Virus record (IMG/VR): IMGVR_UViG_3300030376_003609
Span: 1 to 35,803 of that record
From: a virus
Taxonomy: Duplodnaviria; Caudoviricetes
Direction: 5' to 3' (one strand)
DNA length: 35,803 nucleotides
The notes under the pieces: generated by a model
Told to the model about the DNA's origin: nothing
The model's database searches: none
What the model saw: the letters and a program-made list of their open reading frames with translations, nothing else
Made by a program: the position numbers and the translations under genes
Part shown: positions 35,601 through 35,803 of the stretch, piece by piece
Position numbering within the stretch: the first letter of the stretch is position 1
Layout of the letters: the number at the start of each line of letters is the position of its first letter

Positions 35601-35803
35601 TAGTAAGAGTCACACAGGACAATCCATCTGGATCTCCCACTTATACTGACTTTCAAACTTTTGCTAATGGAACGTATAAAGGAAGAGGATTTCAATTCAG
35701 AGCAAAACTTACAAGTAATGATATTGCACAGGATATAAAAGTTTCTCAGCTAGGTTATACAGCATCTTTACAGAGAAGAACAGAACAAGGTAATGTTATT
35801 GCA
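32645..35803 (+). CDS. Central tail fibre / tip attachment protein J-like (truncated by window end)
   Basis: ATG 32645: MTKPKIIRGSGGG...DLISEGEIEG; later WTSCPAMILLDLL.N.RYG.G, EARFSCN, CTSRGQAARLG; FN3-like segments; reads in frame at the window end. Confidence 0.92.
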   Translation, partial: MTKPKIIRGSGGGSPPPPPQPTRTPDTLHSRQFATFLDLISEGEIEGFASASKEGLTKGTTAYNNSCLKDVILNDTPVLKATANSANPVATDFNFQDVTFNPRFGTSGQTKVEGIESSSSVTAVGVVVTASSPVTRQITNSNVDAANITITFPQIQKATTKGDLLGSSVSLKISVQYNSGGFSDIITDTITGRTADAYQRDYRVELTGAFPVDIRVSRVTADSTDASLVDAFQWTSLGEIIDDANTYDNSAYAAIRLDSMQFSSIPSRKYRIRGVKVRIPAAGANGSGTPNVDSATGRIIYPDGYIFNGVMGSAVWTSCPAMILLDLLTNTRYGFGDHITDSSLDLFSFVTASKFANTLVDDGQGGQEARFSCNVNIQGSAEAFDLINDLAGVMRCMPIWSAGSISLKQDSPASASYLFNLSNITSDGFTYSGSSLKQRHSVVSVSYFNMDTQDIDFEVVEDANLISKIGTSIKQVKAFACTSRGQAARLGRAILFGEANETEVCSFTTSIDSGIVVRPSAIIEIADPLRSGLRRGGKISSVTSTTVVTVDDSTNTDLPSTNNAKLSVVLPDGTVETKDIVSVSGATITVASAFSQAPNVNANWLISDDTVQSQLFRVISVEEVDGINYSITALSYVNEKYAFIEDGSTLPTRTVSILNELKDPPTALQAEEKLVEINNQAVSKLIVSWQPIVGVTQYQVNYRFNNGNFVSTTVSSPDFEIFNTDIGTYEFQIFSYNAALQTSATSADLTFNAVGKTALPSNVTGLSAEPINEKLVRLRWNLSTDLDVTHGGRVYVRHSPLVDGSGSFTNSTDLIQALAGNTTTAEVPYLEGEYILKFQDDGGRFCAGETSVILELPDNLAPLITQTRREDTDSPKFQGTKTNVDFDAVTNTLNLVGGGNFDAITDFDLVGSLDDFGGIVSEGTYDFGGTAGGDTLDLGGVFSLDLKRHFLTEGFYPSDLFDSRGLIDDITDFDGLTATEVNAEMLVRVTQDNPSGSPTYTDFQTFANGTYKGRGFQFRAKLTSNDIAQDIKVSQLGYTASLQRRTEQGNVIA

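Noticed and set aside
1-35803. tRNA, rRNA, photosynthesis AMGs (psbA, hli), alternative genetic code
   Set aside because: None recognised by eye; genes are intact under the standard code and use all three stop codons

Overview
Nearly complete, circularly permuted genome of a low-GC marine siphovirus with a lambda-like tail tip. The host is probably a picocyanobacterium such as Prochlorococcus; this is inferred from gene families, AT richness and promoter style. Gene order: short tail-fibre genes (1-3.2 kb); a cassette of membrane and signal-peptide proteins plus holin-like ORFs, with no recognisable endolysin (3.2-6.8 kb); a leftward early recombination operon with SSB-like, AlpA/Xis-like HTH, Rad52-family annealase and RecE-like nuclease genes (6.8-10.2 kb); back-to-back sigma70 promoters (10.2-10.3 kb); rightward early genes; a structured RNA candidate; NrdR-like Zn ribbon and RusA; an O-like initiator with internal iterons; regulators; terminase; portal; a MuF head protein with a C-terminal HEXXH domain and an antisense partner gene; seven tiny basic proteins; scaffold; capsid; neck; tail tube; frameshifted tail chaperone; tape measure; and M-L-K-I-J, with J running off the end. 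No integrase or CI-type repressor is visible. Best candidates for new biology: (1) a MuF-metallopeptidase with an independently promoted antisense putative immunity gene; (2) a gpL that lacks the Fe-S cysteine cluster but carries an inserted cupredoxin-like H...CxxHxxxM domain; (3) a ~110-nt multibranch RNA with hammerhead-like core words; (4) a GAGA-hairpin + TTCGC leader motif repeated after three early promoters; (5) the secreted-protein cassette at the lysis position. All family assignments come from motif recognition by eye, not from database searches.
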